This document shows positions 49,281-62,433 of a DNA stretch of 64,000 bases, piece by piece. The position numbers and the translations under genes were made by a program. The notes below the pieces were generated by a model. That model was not told the DNA's origin. It made no database searches and was given only the letters and a program-made list of their open reading frames with translations. The stretch lies in contig NC_058373.1 in assembly GCF_018350175.1 (NCBI RefSeq), forward strand, positions 112,408,001 to 112,472,000, given 5' to 3'. The stretch comes from Felis catus. Taxonomy: Eukaryota. Each line of letters starts with the position of its first letter. Within the stretch, counting starts at the first letter, position 1.

Positions 49281-52200
49281 TTGTGTTTTTTTTTTAAATA
49301 TGAAACTTATTGTCAAATTGGCTTCCATACAACACCCAGTGCTCATCTCAACAGGTGCCTCCCTCAGTGCCAATCACCCACTTTCCCCTCCCTCCCACCC
49401 CCCATCAACCCTCAGTTTGTTCTCAGTTTTTAAGAGTCTCTTATGGTTTGCCTCCCTCCCTAACTTTTTTTTTTTCCTTCCCCTCCCCCATGGGTTCCTG
49501 TTAAGTTTCTCAGGATCCACATAAGAGTGAAAACATATGGTATCTGTCTTTCTCTGTATGGCTTATTTTACTTAGCATAACACTCTACAGTTCATCCACA
49601 TTGCTACAAAAGGCCATATTTCATTCTTTCTCACTGCCAAGTAGTATTCCATTGTGTATATAAGCCACAATTTCTTTATCTATTCATCAGTTGATGGACA
49701 TTTAGGCTCTTTCCATAATTTGGCTATTATTGAAAGTACTGCTATAAACATTGGGGTACCAGTGCCCCTATGCATCAGTACTCCTGTATCCCTTGGGGAA
49801 ATTCCTAGCAGTGCTATTGCTGGGTCATAGGGTAGATCTATTTTTATTTTTTGAGGAACCTCCACACTGTTTTCAGAGTGGCTTCACCAGTTGCATTCCC
49901 ACCAACAGTGCAAGAAGGTTCCCATTTCTCCACATCCTCTCCATCATCTACAGTCTCCTGATTTGTTCATTTTGGCCACTCTGACTGGCGTGAGGTGATA
50001 TCTGAGTGTGGTTTTGATTTGTATTTCCCTGATGAGGAGTGACAATGAGCATCTTTTCATGTGTCTGTTGGCCACCTGGGTGCCTTTTTTGGAAAAGTGT
50101 CTATTCATGTTTTCTGCCCATTTCTTCCCTGGATTATTTGTTTCTCGGGTGTGGAGTTTGGTGAGCTCTTTATAGATTTTGGATACTAGCCCCTTGTCCG
50201 ATATGTCATTTTGCAAATATCTTTTCCATTCCGTTGGTTGCCTTTTAGTTTTGTTGATTGTTTCCTTTGTAGTGCAGAAACTTTTTATCTTGATGAGGTC
50301 CCAATAGTTCATGTTTGCTTTTAATTTCCTTGCCTTTGGAGATGTGTCGAGTAAGAAATTGCTGTGGCTGATGTCAGAGAGGTTTTTTTCCTCCTTTCTC
50401 CTATAGGGTTTTGATGGTTTCCTGTCTCACATTCAGGTCGTTTATCCATTTTGGTTTTATTTTTGTGTATGGTGTAAGAAAGTGGTCTAGTTTCCATCTT
50501 CTGCATGTTGCTGTCCAGTTCTCCCAGCACCATTTGTTAAAGAGAATTTTTTTTTTTTTTTACACCAGTGGATACTCTTTGCTGCTTTGTCAAAGATTAG
50601 TTGGCCATACAATTGTGGGTCCAATTCTGGGTTCTATGGTCTATTCCATTGGTCTATGTGTCTGTTTTTGTGCCAATACCATGGTGTATTGGTGATTACA
50701 GCTTCGTAGTAGAGGCTAACATCTGGGATTGTGATGCTTTCCGTTTTGGTTTTCTTATTCAATATTACTTTGGCTATTCGGTGTCATCTGTGGTTCCATA
50801 CAAATTTTAGAATTGCTTGTTCTAGCTTCGAGAAGAATGCTGGTGCAATTTTGATTGGGATTTCATTGAATGTGTAGACTGCTTTGGGTACTTTGACATT
50901 TTAACAATATTTATTCTTCCAATCCATGAGAATGGAAAAATTTTCCATTTCTTTGTGTCTTCTTCAGTTTCCTTCATAAGCTTTCTATAGTTTTCAGCAT
51001 ACAGATCTTTTCCATCTTTGGTTAGGTTTGTTCCTAGGTATTTTATGGTTCTTGGTGCAGTTGTGAATGGGATCAGTTTCTGTATTTCTCTTTCTCTTGC
51101 TTCATTATTGGTGTATAAAAATGCAACCGATTTCTGTACATTGATTTTGTACCCTGCGACTTTGCTGAGGTCATGTATCAGTTCTAGCAGACTTTTGGTG
51201 GAATCTGTTGGGTTTTCCATGTAGAGTATCATGTCGTCTGTGAAAAGTGAAAGTTTGACTTCATCTTTTCCAATTTTGATGCCTTTGATTTCATTTAATT
51301 GTCTGATTGATGATGCTAGGACTTCCAACACTATGTTAAACAACAGTGGTAAGAGTGGACATCCCTGTCGTGTTCCTGGTCTCAGGGGGAAAGCTCTTAG
51401 TTTTCCCCATTGGTGATGATATTAGCTGTGGGCTTTTCATAAATGGCTTTTACGATGTTTAAATATGTTATTTCTATCCCGACTGTCTTGAAGGTTTTTA
51501 TTCAAAAAGGATGCTGAATTTTGTCAAATGCTTTTTCTGCAGCTATTGACAGGATCATATGGTTCTTATCTTTTCTTTTACTAATATAATGAATCATATT
51601 GATTGATTTGCGGATATTGAACCAGCCCTGCAGCCCAGGAATGAATCCCACTTGATCATGGTGAATAATTCTTTTTATATGCTGATGATTTTGATTTGCT
51701 AGTATCTTGTTGAGAATTTTTGCATCCATATTCATCAGGGTTATTGGCCTGTAGTTCTCTTTTTTTTGCTGGGTCTCTATCTGGTTTGGGAATCAAAGTA
51801 ATGCTAGCTTCATAGAATGAGTCTAGAAGTTTTCCTTTCATTTCTATTTTTTGGAACAGCTTGAGAAAGAGTATTCACTTTGCTTTAAACGTCCAGTAGA
51901 ATTCTCCAGGGAAGTCCTCTCGTCCAGGACTCTTATTTGTTGGGAGATTTTTGATAACTGATACTATTTCTTCACTAGTTATGGGTCTGTTTAAATTTTC
52001 TGTTTCTTCCCATTTGAGTTTTGGTAGTGTGTGGATGTTTAGGAATTTGTCCATTTCTTCCAGGTTGTCCAGTCTGTGGGCATATAATTTTTCATAGTAT
52101 TCTCTGATAATTGCTTGCATTTCTGAGGGATTGGTTGTAATAAATCCATTTTCACTCATGATGTATTTGGGTCCTCTCTCTTTCTTTCTTTCTTTCTTTT

Positions 52201-54770
52201 TTTTTTTTTTTTTTTTTTTGAGAAGCCTGGCTAGAAGTTTATCAATTTTGTTTATTTTTTCAAAAAACCAACTCTTGGTTTCATTGATCTGTTTTTTTTT
52301 TTTGGATTCTATATTGTTTATTTCTGCTCTGATCTTTATTATTTCTCTTCTTCTGCTGGCTTTGGGGTGTCTTTGCTGTTCTACTTCTAGTTCTTTTAGG
52401 TATGCTATTAGATTTTGTAGTTGGGATTTTTCTTGTTTCTTGAGATAGGCCTGGATTGTAATGTATTTTCCTCTTAGGATTCCCTTTGCTGCATCCCAGC
52501 GGGTTTGGATTGTTGTATTTTCATCTTCATTTGTTTCCATATATTTTTAAATTTTTCTCTAATTGCCTGGTTAACTCATTCATTCTTTAGTAGGGTGTTC
52601 TTTAACCTCCATGCTTTTGGAGGTTTTCCAGACTTTTTCCTGTGGTTGATTTCAAGTTTCATAGCTTTGTGATCTGAAAGTGTGTATGGTATGATCTCAG
52701 TTCTGTTATATTTATTGAGGGATGTTTTGTGGCCCAGTATGTGATCTATCTTGGAGAATGTTCCATGTGCACTCAAGAAGAAAGTATGTTTTGCTGCTTT
52801 GGAATGTAGAGCTCTAAATATATCTGTGAAGTCCATCTGGTCCAATGTATTGTTCAGGGCCATTGTTTCTTTACTGATTGTCTAGATGATTTGTCCATTG
52901 CTGTAATTGGAGTATTAAAGTCCACATTCTTACCACATTCTTATAAGTAAGATTGCTTATGTTTGTGATTGTTTTATATATTTGGGTGCTACCGAATTTA
53001 GTGCATAGAAATTTATAATTGTGTAGCTCTTCCTGATGGATAGACCCTGTAATTATCATATAATGCCCTCCTTCATCTCTTATTCAGACTAAAGTCTAGT
53101 TTGTATAAGTATGGCTACTCCAGCTTTCTTTTGACTTCCAGTAGCATGATAGCCAGTTCTCCATCCCCTCACTTTCAATCTGAAGGTGTCCACAGGTCTA
53201 AAATGAGTGTCCTATAGACAGTAAATAGATGGATCTTGGTTTTTTGTTTGTTTGTTTTTTATTCATTGTGATACCCTATGTCTTTTGATTGGAACATTTA
53301 GTCCATTTATATTCAGTGTTATTATTGAAAGATGGGTTTAGAGTCATTGTGTTATCTGTAGGTTTCATGCTTGCAGTGATGTCTCTGGTACTTTGTGGTC
53401 CTTGGAACATTTCACTGACAGAGTCCCCTTTGGGATCTCTTGTAGTGCTTGTTTAGTGGTAATGAATTTCTTCAGTTTTTGTTTGTTTGGGAAAACCTTC
53501 ATTTCTCCTTCTATTCTGAATGACAGGCTTGCCAGTTAAAGGATTCTTGGCTGCATATTTTCCCTGTTCATTGCATTGAAGATTTCCTGCCTTTCCTTTC
53601 TGGCCTGCCAAGTTTCAGTAGATAGGTCTGCTGCTACCCTTTTGTTTCTACCTTTGTTTAAGGCCTGTTTTTCCCTAGCTGCTTTCAGAATTCTCTCTTT
53701 ATCCTTGTATTTTGCCATTTTCACTATGATATGTCATGCAGAATATCGATTCTAGTTATGTTTGAAGGGAGTTCTCTGTGCCTCTTGGATTTCAGTGACT
53801 GTTTCTTTCCCTAGATTGGGAAAGTTCTCAGCTATGATTTGTTCAAGTATACCTTCAGCCCCTTTCTCTCTCTCTTCTTCTTCTTCTGGAAATCCTATAA
53901 TATGGATATTGTTCAGTTTGCTTGAATCACTTAGTTCTCTAATTCTTCCCTCATGATCCTGGATTTTTTAAATCTTTCTCAGCTTCCCCTTTTTCCATAA
54001 TTTCGTCTTCCAATTCACTTATTTTCTCCTCTGCCTCCTCAGTCCACACTGTGGCTGCCTCCATTTTATTTGCACCTCATTTATAGCATTTTTACATTCA
54101 TTACGACTATGTTTTAGTCCCTTGATGTCTGTAGCAATAGATTCCCTGCTGTCTTCTATGCATTTTTCAAACCCAGTGATTAATTTTATGACTGTTATTC
54201 TAAGTTCTTGTTCAGTTATGTTGCTTATATCTATTTCGATCAATTCTTTAGCTGTTACTTCTTCCTGATATTTCTTTTGAGGAGAATTCTTCTGTTTCAT
54301 CATTTTGGCTAGTTTTCTGTCCGTTTTGATTTTTTAAAGCTTGCTATGTGCTGTGCACCTGTGAGCACTGCTATATTTATAAAGGGGGCTCATATACTGT
54401 CCATGGCCTGGCCCTTCAGGAGGTGTTTTTTGGAGAGTGTTATTTGCTGTCATTGTGACTTTGGTTATTTTATTTCCCTACTCATAGTTATGTTTTGGAC
54501 CTTCCACCGGGTATGCTTTGATTTCTTCCTTGAAGTAGCTCTGGAAAGGAAAACAGACAAACAGAAAACAAAAACATGCAAACACACAAAACAAACAAAA
54601 ACAAAAAAACTAAAAGCTAAAAACAATCCAAAAGCAAAAAAATCAGAAACACCAGCTAGAAGCAAAGAACAGGGTGGATGTGTTGCTGATGGAAGAGCAC
54701 ATACAAAGAGAAATGACAGGGGTGGAGAAAAAGAAAAAATAAACATTGACCAGGCAGAGAGACTAAAAGG

Positions 54771-54817
<47 letters not shown>

Positions 54818-55915
54818 TAAGGAAGGGAAAAAGAAATTTAGATAAAGTTACTTAGAGAAACTATACTGCTTGATTATTCCAAAGAGAGAGAGAAAGGAAT
54901 ATAAAGAAGGAGGTGTAGAGCATGTATCAAGAGAATGTATTAAATGTGTCTGTTCAAACAAACCAATAACCAGAGTAATCAGCCTAGTGGAGGGAGAGTT
55001 AAGAAGCAAAATGGAATGGACAATACATCTATATAACAAGAATTGTCCTAGAATTAATCCAGGCAATTCATCAGCGCTGGTCTGGAGGAGGGGTCTGTTT
55101 TGGCATCGTCTATCCCGCTCCAGAAGACAGGCAGTTACCCAGGACTGAGGGGCGTGGTTTGGTATAGGCTGGTCTCGCCTCCACTGTGGGTCCCATGGAC
55201 CAATCCCTGAGGCCCCACCTTGGTGGTGGTGAGGAGGAAAATGGCCAACCCCCAGTCACTTCTCCATTACCCGGTGAGCCACGTCACTCCTTTGGAGCCA
55301 TCCTCACTGTGTCCTGGCGCAGATGAAGCTGTCTCACTCCACCGACTCCTTAACTCCTGCTCCATGAGTCCGGGTACATATCAGGAGGAAGCACCTCCTG
55401 ATATGTAGTCCCTGCTGGTTTTGTCCTATGCCACAGTATCAGGGGAGGGGACCAGTTCCTGCTGTGGACTGCGCCCCTGATCTACCACCAAACCTAGAGG
55501 TTGGTCCCCTCCTCCCCAGGTGTGCACAGGACAGCTTGCCCCAGTTCGACAATGGGATCTGCAGTTAGAAATCCTCTAACCTGTAGTTAGAGATGGGACC
55601 CCTCTCCGTCCTTGTCCGAGGTTTTTTTCTGTTGTCCAGATATAGGCCTACACTTTTCCAGCTGCTCTTTCTCTTCCCTTTGTTTCTCTGCAGAAGGGGA
55701 TTTCTCCCCTCCATGTCTATGCTGCCCATTTTATCTTCCCCAGTTCGCAACCACCCACCTATGGCCCATCAAGTTGTCCCAGTTTCTCCCTGGTAGACTC
55801 AGTGTCTTTTCCTCTCAGACTCTGGGTTCAAAGTCCTTTGGCTTCAGCCCATCTTTGTTTGAGAGACGTGGGAAGTACCGATCTCCCTACTTCTCCACCA
55901 TGTTGGTCCCTCTCC
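49281..55915 (-). mobile_element. Full-length, inactivated felid-type LINE-1
   Basis: 5' start GGAGAGGGACCAACATGGTGGAGAAGTAGG; ~1.6-kb 5'UTR; ORF1 pieces (KYKDKERILKAAREK); ORF2 pieces ([36 protein letters not shown]); frameshifts throughout. Confidence 0.96.
54774..54811. repeat. (GA)n microsatellite in the L1 5'UTR
   Basis: Direct reading. Confidence 0.95.
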
Positions 55916-55917
55916 CA

Positions 55918-56123
55918 GTGTTTGTTTATTTTTGAGAGAGAGATAGAGCACAAGCATGGGGGTGGGGGAGGGCAGGGAGAGAGGAAAACACAGAATCCAA
56001 AACAGGCTCCAGGCTTTGAACTGTCAGCACAGACCCTGACCCTGGGGCTTGAACCCACCAACCGTGAAATCATGACTTGAGCCGAAGTCAGATGCTTAAC
56101 CGACTGAGCCACCCAGGGGCCCC
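55918..56123 (-). mobile_element. Can-SINE abutting the L1 5' end, tail truncated
   Basis: Standard body and head; no TSD found. Confidence 0.93.
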
Positions 56124-56499
56124 AAAATTATTTAAAATTAAATAAATGATAGTTGTGAAATGATTATAGTATAATATCTTTTGCAAAAAAGCATTGTTTT
56201 GGCTTATAATCTTGGGTTGAATACATTAAGAAAATTACCAAAATTCAATCACTATTATTTATTTTAGTTTGTTGTTCATTTATATCATTCAGTTTGTTTG
56301 GTAATAGTACTTTGTGCTTAGTTTACCTTTTTTTTTTTTTTTTAAGAAGAATTCAGGGAAATTTTAGTTGGTAGGAAATCATAGGACTTAGGCATGGAAG
56401 AAAATTTAAAGTAGTGTTTGAGGATAGATAATTAGTTATAGGAAAATCTGTTTTGAAATGAGTCTGCTTAAAATAAGGATCAGAATTTGGTGTAAAATA

Positions 56500-58050
56500 T
56501 GGATCAGAATACTAATATTCATATAGAATTGAAAGGAATTATGAGTCACCAAAAATATCTTGAAAAAGAAAAAACAAAGTTGGGGAACTCACAGCTCCCA
56601 ATTTAATAACTCACTGCAAACCATAGTAATCAGAACAGTGTGATATTGGCATAAGAGTAGACAAATAGATCAAGAAAATATAATGTACTTCAGAATAGCC
56701 CATATGTGTATAGGTAATTGATTTTTCAAAGAGAGACAATATCATTCAATAGGGAAAGAATTGCCTCTTGAACAAATGGTGCTTGAACAACTAGGTAAAC
56801 ACTTGTTTGTCAAAGAAAGAAGTCAGACTCTTACCCTCACACAATGTACAAACATTAGCCCAAAATGGATAAAAGACCTAAAGAGTTGAAACTATAAAAT
56901 ACTTAACAAGAAAGCATATGGGAAATTCCTCATGATCGTGGATTTGGTAATGGTTTCTTAAATATGACACCAAATAAAAAATAGAGAAATTGAAATTCAT
57001 CAAAATTAAAAACTTTTGTACATTCAAGGACACTATCAAGAGGACATAATGACAACCCACAGAATGGGATTAAAAACTTGCAAATCATATGTGTGATAAG
57101 GGTCTAGTATCCGGAGTATATAAATACGTCTTACAAGTCAACAACAGAAAGATCAACCACTGAATTAAAAAGTATACAAAGGGCTTGAATAGACATTTTT
57201 CCCAAGAAGATATACAAATAGCCATTAGCACATGGAAAGATGCTCAACACCATTTATCATTAGGAAAATGTAATCACAACCACAATGAGATGATACTTTA
57301 CACCCCACTATTATGACTGAGTTAAAATGACCGTAATGGCTGTGGTGAAATGGGACCCTCTTACATTGCTGGTGGAATGTAAAATAGTGCAAATGCTTTG
57401 GAAAACAATTTTATAGTTCCTCAAACAAATTAAACATGAAATTATCATATGATCAGCAATTCAGTTTCTTGGTATATACCCCCCAAAATTGAAAACAAGT
57501 GCAAAATAAGTACTTGTACATACATGCTCATTCAGCACTATTCACAATAGCCAAAAAATGGAATCAGCCCAAATGGCCAAAAGGGTGATTGGATAGACAA
57601 AAGTGGTACTTACATACCATGGAAGTAGGTGGAATATTATCTAGCCAATGGAATATTATCTAACCATTCAGAGGAACGAAGTAATGCAACATGCTACAGC
57701 ATAGATGAAGCTTGAAAATATTATGCTACGTGAAATAATCTAGACAAAAAAAAAATCACATATGCTTCCATTTGTATGAAATATCCAGAATAATTAAATC
57801 CACAGGGATAGAAAGTAGATTGGTGGTTGCCAGGGATTAGGGGAAGGGAGGAATAGGGACTTGCTGCTTAATGGGTAGCAGGTTTTCTCTTAGGATGATG
57901 AAAATGATTTTGGAAATAGAGGTAGTGGTTGCAAAACATTGTGAATGTACTAAATGTCACTGAACGTTACACTTTAAAATGGATAATTTTGAAAAATAAA
58001 TAGTTAATTTTGTATTATATGAATTTCACCTTAATAACTAAAACAAAATA
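56500..58050 (+). mobile_element. Old L1MA/MB-type ORF2 end and 3'UTR
   Basis: TTCATCAAAATTAAAAACTTTTGT; GTAGATTGGTGGTTGCCAGGG; GAATTTCACCTTAATAA terminus. Confidence 0.88.
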
Positions 58051-58069
58051 GATTTATCTTGAAAAATAT

Positions 58070-58294
58070 GGGGCATCTGGGTGGCTCAGTTGGTTAAGTG
58101 CTGGAGTTCAGGTCAGGTCATGATCTCACGGTTCGTGGGTTTGAGACCCATGTCAGGCTCTGTGCTGACAGCTCAGAGCCTGGAGCCTGCTTCAAACTCT
58201 GTGTCTCCCTCTCGCTCTGCCCCTCTCCCACTCACGCTCTGTCTGTCTCTCTCTCTCAAAAATAAATAAACGTTAAAAAAATTAAAAAAAAAAA
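58070..58294 (+). mobile_element. Can-SINE
   Basis: Imperfect TSD GAAAAAT(A/G)TG. Confidence 0.95.
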
Positions 58295-59659
58295 GAAAAA
58301 TGTGACTAAGATTTATGCAATCAGTCTCATTTTTCTTATGTCAGTTGTTAATTTCATATGTTTAGAATAAACAAGTAACATGCTGAATTTTTGGTAGTAT
58401 TTTAAAATCATAACATATTGACATTTTCCACTAAACATTTAACTTTCACACTATGATCATAGAAGGGGACAATTTTTAGAAAGGTATGTGGTGTTTCCAA
58501 GAACCAGATCTTAAGTTTTTGATACTCAAGTATTTATTTTTTGAAGCACTTATATCAATATCTTTATCTTATTCTGTGATTGTAAACTATTGTTGAATTT
58601 GTTCAGTCTAACTTTGAATAAATTAATTAGAATCTCTAGATAGTATAAACTTACACTTTATTTTAATTTTCAGTTGTTTTCACAGAGCCATTTCTTTGGG
58701 ATTTTATTTCACTTGGGTATTTTGAAACTATGGAATGAATGAGTTTTAAATTGGATCTGTTTTTACTGTCAACTTAGCAATTTTCAAGTTGTACATTATT
58801 TTCACATTCTTAAATATGGACAATACAATAGGTTAAATAAATACTGAATTCTTACCAAGCTGTATTTTAAACAAGAATTTTTGGTGATAGAAATACTTTT
58901 GTTATAGGAAAATTCTTCCTGACCAGAACAAGATAGAATATAAATGTCATCCTGAAAGAAAGGAATGACTAGATCTTTCACACTATAGCTTCTAGTAATC
59001 AGATGGAATAATCCATAATAGTAGGACTGAGAAAATACATTATAAAGACCTTATCAAAGATCATATTGATTATACATAATACTTGTAAGTAGGAAAATGA
59101 ACATGAAGTGTTCAGCACATAATGTCAACTATTACTTTGATTGTAAATCATAAAAAAAATGACTGTATACAAAAATAACGTATTTATAATTAGCCGAGAA
59201 CCTCGTTAGGATCCATTTCATAAATATTTCTAAGTATATACTGAGTTTGAATGCTGACTCTTGCTGACCGTAGGCAAACTGTGATTCTCACCTATAAAAT
59301 ACTGATGAGTAGAACTAATACTCTTCTGAGGTGTGTGTATGTATATGTGTTTCAGCCTCTATAAAAATTTCTTAAGTATTTTTTTCAAATATAAATACAG
59401 CTCTTTAGCTTAAAGTGGAAATGGATGTCATTGATCTGAGATACCTCCATAAAACCCATGAGATATGACGCATGGTTAACCACTTAACTAGATGATCCGT
59501 AGTGTTTTATTCTACTTTAAAAGCCGTAATTCTTTAATAATGCTTTGAGTTGAAATTTAGTGTCTTCTAATGAATTTTAGTTGTATAACTTTTATGTGTT
59601 TTGAAGTTATGGAAATGTAGGAGAATCCAGAATATGTGAATGATTGACAAGAACTATGG

Positions 59660-59885
59660 TCTGTATATGGTATAGTGGTTAAGAGTAGAAGGTCTAGAGT
59701 TATAGCATCTAGATTTTCCCAGTACTTCTATTTATTAGCTCTATGATTGATAGGATGTTTAATCTCCCCATGCTTCACTATCTTCATCTGTAAAATAGTA
59801 ACACAGATAGGCTTATCACTGGATGATAAAGAAGATTAAGTGAAATAATAAATATGAAATTCTTAACATATAACAAGTACCAATT
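59660..59885 (+). mobile_element. MIR
   Basis: TATAGTGGTTAAGAG..CTTCACTATCTTCATCTGTAAAATAG..GATTAAGTGAAATAAT. Confidence 0.8.
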
Positions 59886-59984
59886 ATTTTCTTGATTATA
59901 GATCCAAAAGTTTAACATTTTCAGGGAAAAGTGCATATGATTGGACAAGAACTCTGCTAGAGTCCATTTTACAAATATTTCTTT

Positions 59985-59999
59985 CTTTAAAAAAAAAGG

Positions 60000-60036
<37 letters not shown>

Positions 60037-60175
60037 AGAGGAGGGGCAGAGAGAGAGAGAGGAAGACAGAGAATCCCAAGCAGAATCTGCACTGACAGCA
60101 CAGAGCCCAATGCGGAGCTAGAACTGCAAGATCATGACCTGAGCCAAAATCAAGAGTTGATTTCCCAGGCGCTCC
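59985..60175 (-). mobile_element. Can-SINE with internal deletion removing the A-box region
   Basis: AAGAGTTGATTT joins directly to CCCAGGCGCTCC; imperfect TSD ATTTTACAA(A/G)TATTTCT. Confidence 0.9.
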
Positions 60176-61329
60176 AATTTTACAAGTATTTCTAATTTTT
60201 CTTTGTGTCCTTCCAAGTTAATTATTGTATCAATTTAAAACAGATTGAAGTTCAAGTTTATAATTTTCATGTTAGTACCATAGTTTGACCACGTTTCTGT
60301 TATAATTTCTTTCATTTTATCTGATATTTGTGGTGACATGTTGAAAACATTTTATTAGTCTGTGGAATGAAGAGTGTAGTAGTTCCTGTAATCATATACT
60401 GTGGGAAAAGAAAGAGTAAATTATGGTGATCCAAAATGATTGATTTTAATGTGTTTACATACAAAAAAATCATGTTCATTTTCTTCTTAAAAAGTACTAT
60501 ATTCTTATTTACAATTAAAAAAACAAAATTTGTTGTGTTGGTAAAAAATAAAACTTTAAATATGATATATGTTGTTAGGCACCTAAAGTTTTAGAATTTT
60601 TGTTAACAGACTATTTTAGGTTTCTTCCTCTGTTTTTAACTTAAAATTTGGGTGGGACATGAATTTTAGAAAAGTCTCTTCTTTAGCAAAACTTATTTCA
60701 CAGGTAGCTGACTAGCAAGCCTTTAAAGGAGCAAAGGTTTATTCCATTTTAATTAAGCTTCCAAAATTTTCAGGCTCTTGAAGTTTATAAATAAGCTCTT
60801 ATATTTGCCAAATTAGGCAAGAAACTTTATGAGAACAAATTTTATGATATATTATGGCTTCAATTTTAGTTCAGCTCAGCAGGAAACCACTTTATTTACA
60901 CTGTGTCAACATTTTATTTTTTCCTTTGGCCCTATTCAGGCAATGGTGTAATAAAGAGCATTTGTATTAAAATTACAAAAAGAAAATTTGTAAATCAACA
61001 GGTTGAGATCAGGGTCTGTTAAATATGGAATGAAAATTATATATTAATGAAAATCATTTCACTCGTGGCAGAAAAAAAAGTGGGGAATATCTTTTTGGAT
61101 TTAATAAAAAAAATCCAAACTTTATTCAACTTCAAATATTTTTAAAGCATCATTATTTATAGGTATTATCATTAAATTCAGAGAGAGATACAGATGTATA
61201 ATTTTCAGGGACTTACAAAAAAGGGAATATAAAATCCAAATAAAATATTAGGTACTGAATCTTTGAAAGGAATCAGGCGAATGTCATATTATCTTTGATC
61301 CTTCTGTAGGTTAGAAATGACTAAGTTAT

Positions 61330-61533
61330 GGGACTCCTGGGTGGCACAGTCGGTTAAGCGTCCAACTTCAGCCAGGTCACGATCTCTCGGTCCGTGAGTT
61401 GGAGCCCCGCGTCAGGCTCTGGGCTGATGGCTCAGAGCTTGGAGCCTGTTTCCGATTCTGTGTCTCCCTCTCTCTCTGCCCCTCCCCCGTTCATGCTCTC
61501 TCTCTGTCCCCAAAAAAATAAATAAACGTTGAA
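61330..61533 (+). mobile_element. Young SINEC_Fc-type SINE, almost no A-tail
   Basis: Perfect 17-bp TSD AGAAATGACTAAGTTAT. Confidence 0.97.
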
Positions 61534-61649
61534 AGAAATGACTAAGTTATATATAATAAAATTGTTAAATTGAAATAGAAAATAATCAATACTTAATATT
61601 TATGCTACAAATAAAAATATAAGTAAAGTTTTATTTTGCCTTTAATTTG

Positions 61650-62380
61650 GGGATGGGTATTTTATCAAGGTATATACTTTTAGATTTCCAGTTTTCCATC
61701 AGGATATTAGTATCTTTCCATTGTCTTCTGGATTCCATTGTTTATGTTGAATAATCAGCTGTATGGTTTATTGTTTTTTTCCTTTGAAAGTGATGTGTCC
61801 TTTCTCTCCTGGCTTTTTTAAAGATTTCTTACCATCTTTTATTTTCAGTGGTTTGACTGCTGGGTGTTGTGTTATTTTACTTTTTCCAATGTGGGGTTTG
61901 ATGTTCCTCCTGAGTCAGTGAATTAGTGTGTTGTATCAGTTTTGGAATATTCTCAGCTGTTTTCTAAAAATATTGCTTTGCCCCATTCTCTCAACCAAAG
62001 CTGGAGTCATATACTCAACTACAATTACATTGGGCTGTTTGATTTCCACATGTTTCTTTTCCTCTGATCTTTTCACCTTCCCCCTCCCCCCATTGCTTCT
62101 GTTTGGATATTTTCTACTGATCTCTTCATGTTCACAAATCCCGTGTTTTCTGTGTTGAGTCAGCTCAACCACTGATTTCTTAATTTCAGATATTGTGTTT
62201 TCAATTCTAAAATTACTATTTGATTCTTTTTCATAGATTTTAATTCTTTGCTGATATTTTACTTCTTTCATCAAGTGTGAATATTTTTCCGTATCTTCAA
62301 CTTCTGTTAAATAGGTTTTTTGAAAGTTTAAGTTTTTGTAAAGTCCTTATCTTCTGATTCTGTATCATCTGTGTGTCACT
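61650..62380 (-). mobile_element. Ancient L1 ORF1-like relic
   Basis: Track peptide ..IENTISEIKKSV..EIKQPNVIVV..IF..FQN resembles the ORF1p coiled-coil/RRM start. Confidence 0.65.
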
Positions 62381-62384
62381 ATAG

Positions 62385-62385
<1 letters not shown>

Positions 62386-62426
<41 letters not shown>

Positions 62427-62433
62427 ACACACA
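62386..62433. repeat. (CA)n microsatellite
   Basis: Direct reading. Confidence 0.95.

Noticed and set aside
49944..54303. Possible active L1 ORF1/ORF2
   Set aside because: Split into many frames by stops and frameshifts; not retrotransposition-competent.
56347..56370. Possible 24-nt exon after a poly-T (AAG|...TTG|GTAGGA)
   Set aside because: Poly-T tracts mimic acceptors by chance; the donor is mediocre and there is no other support.
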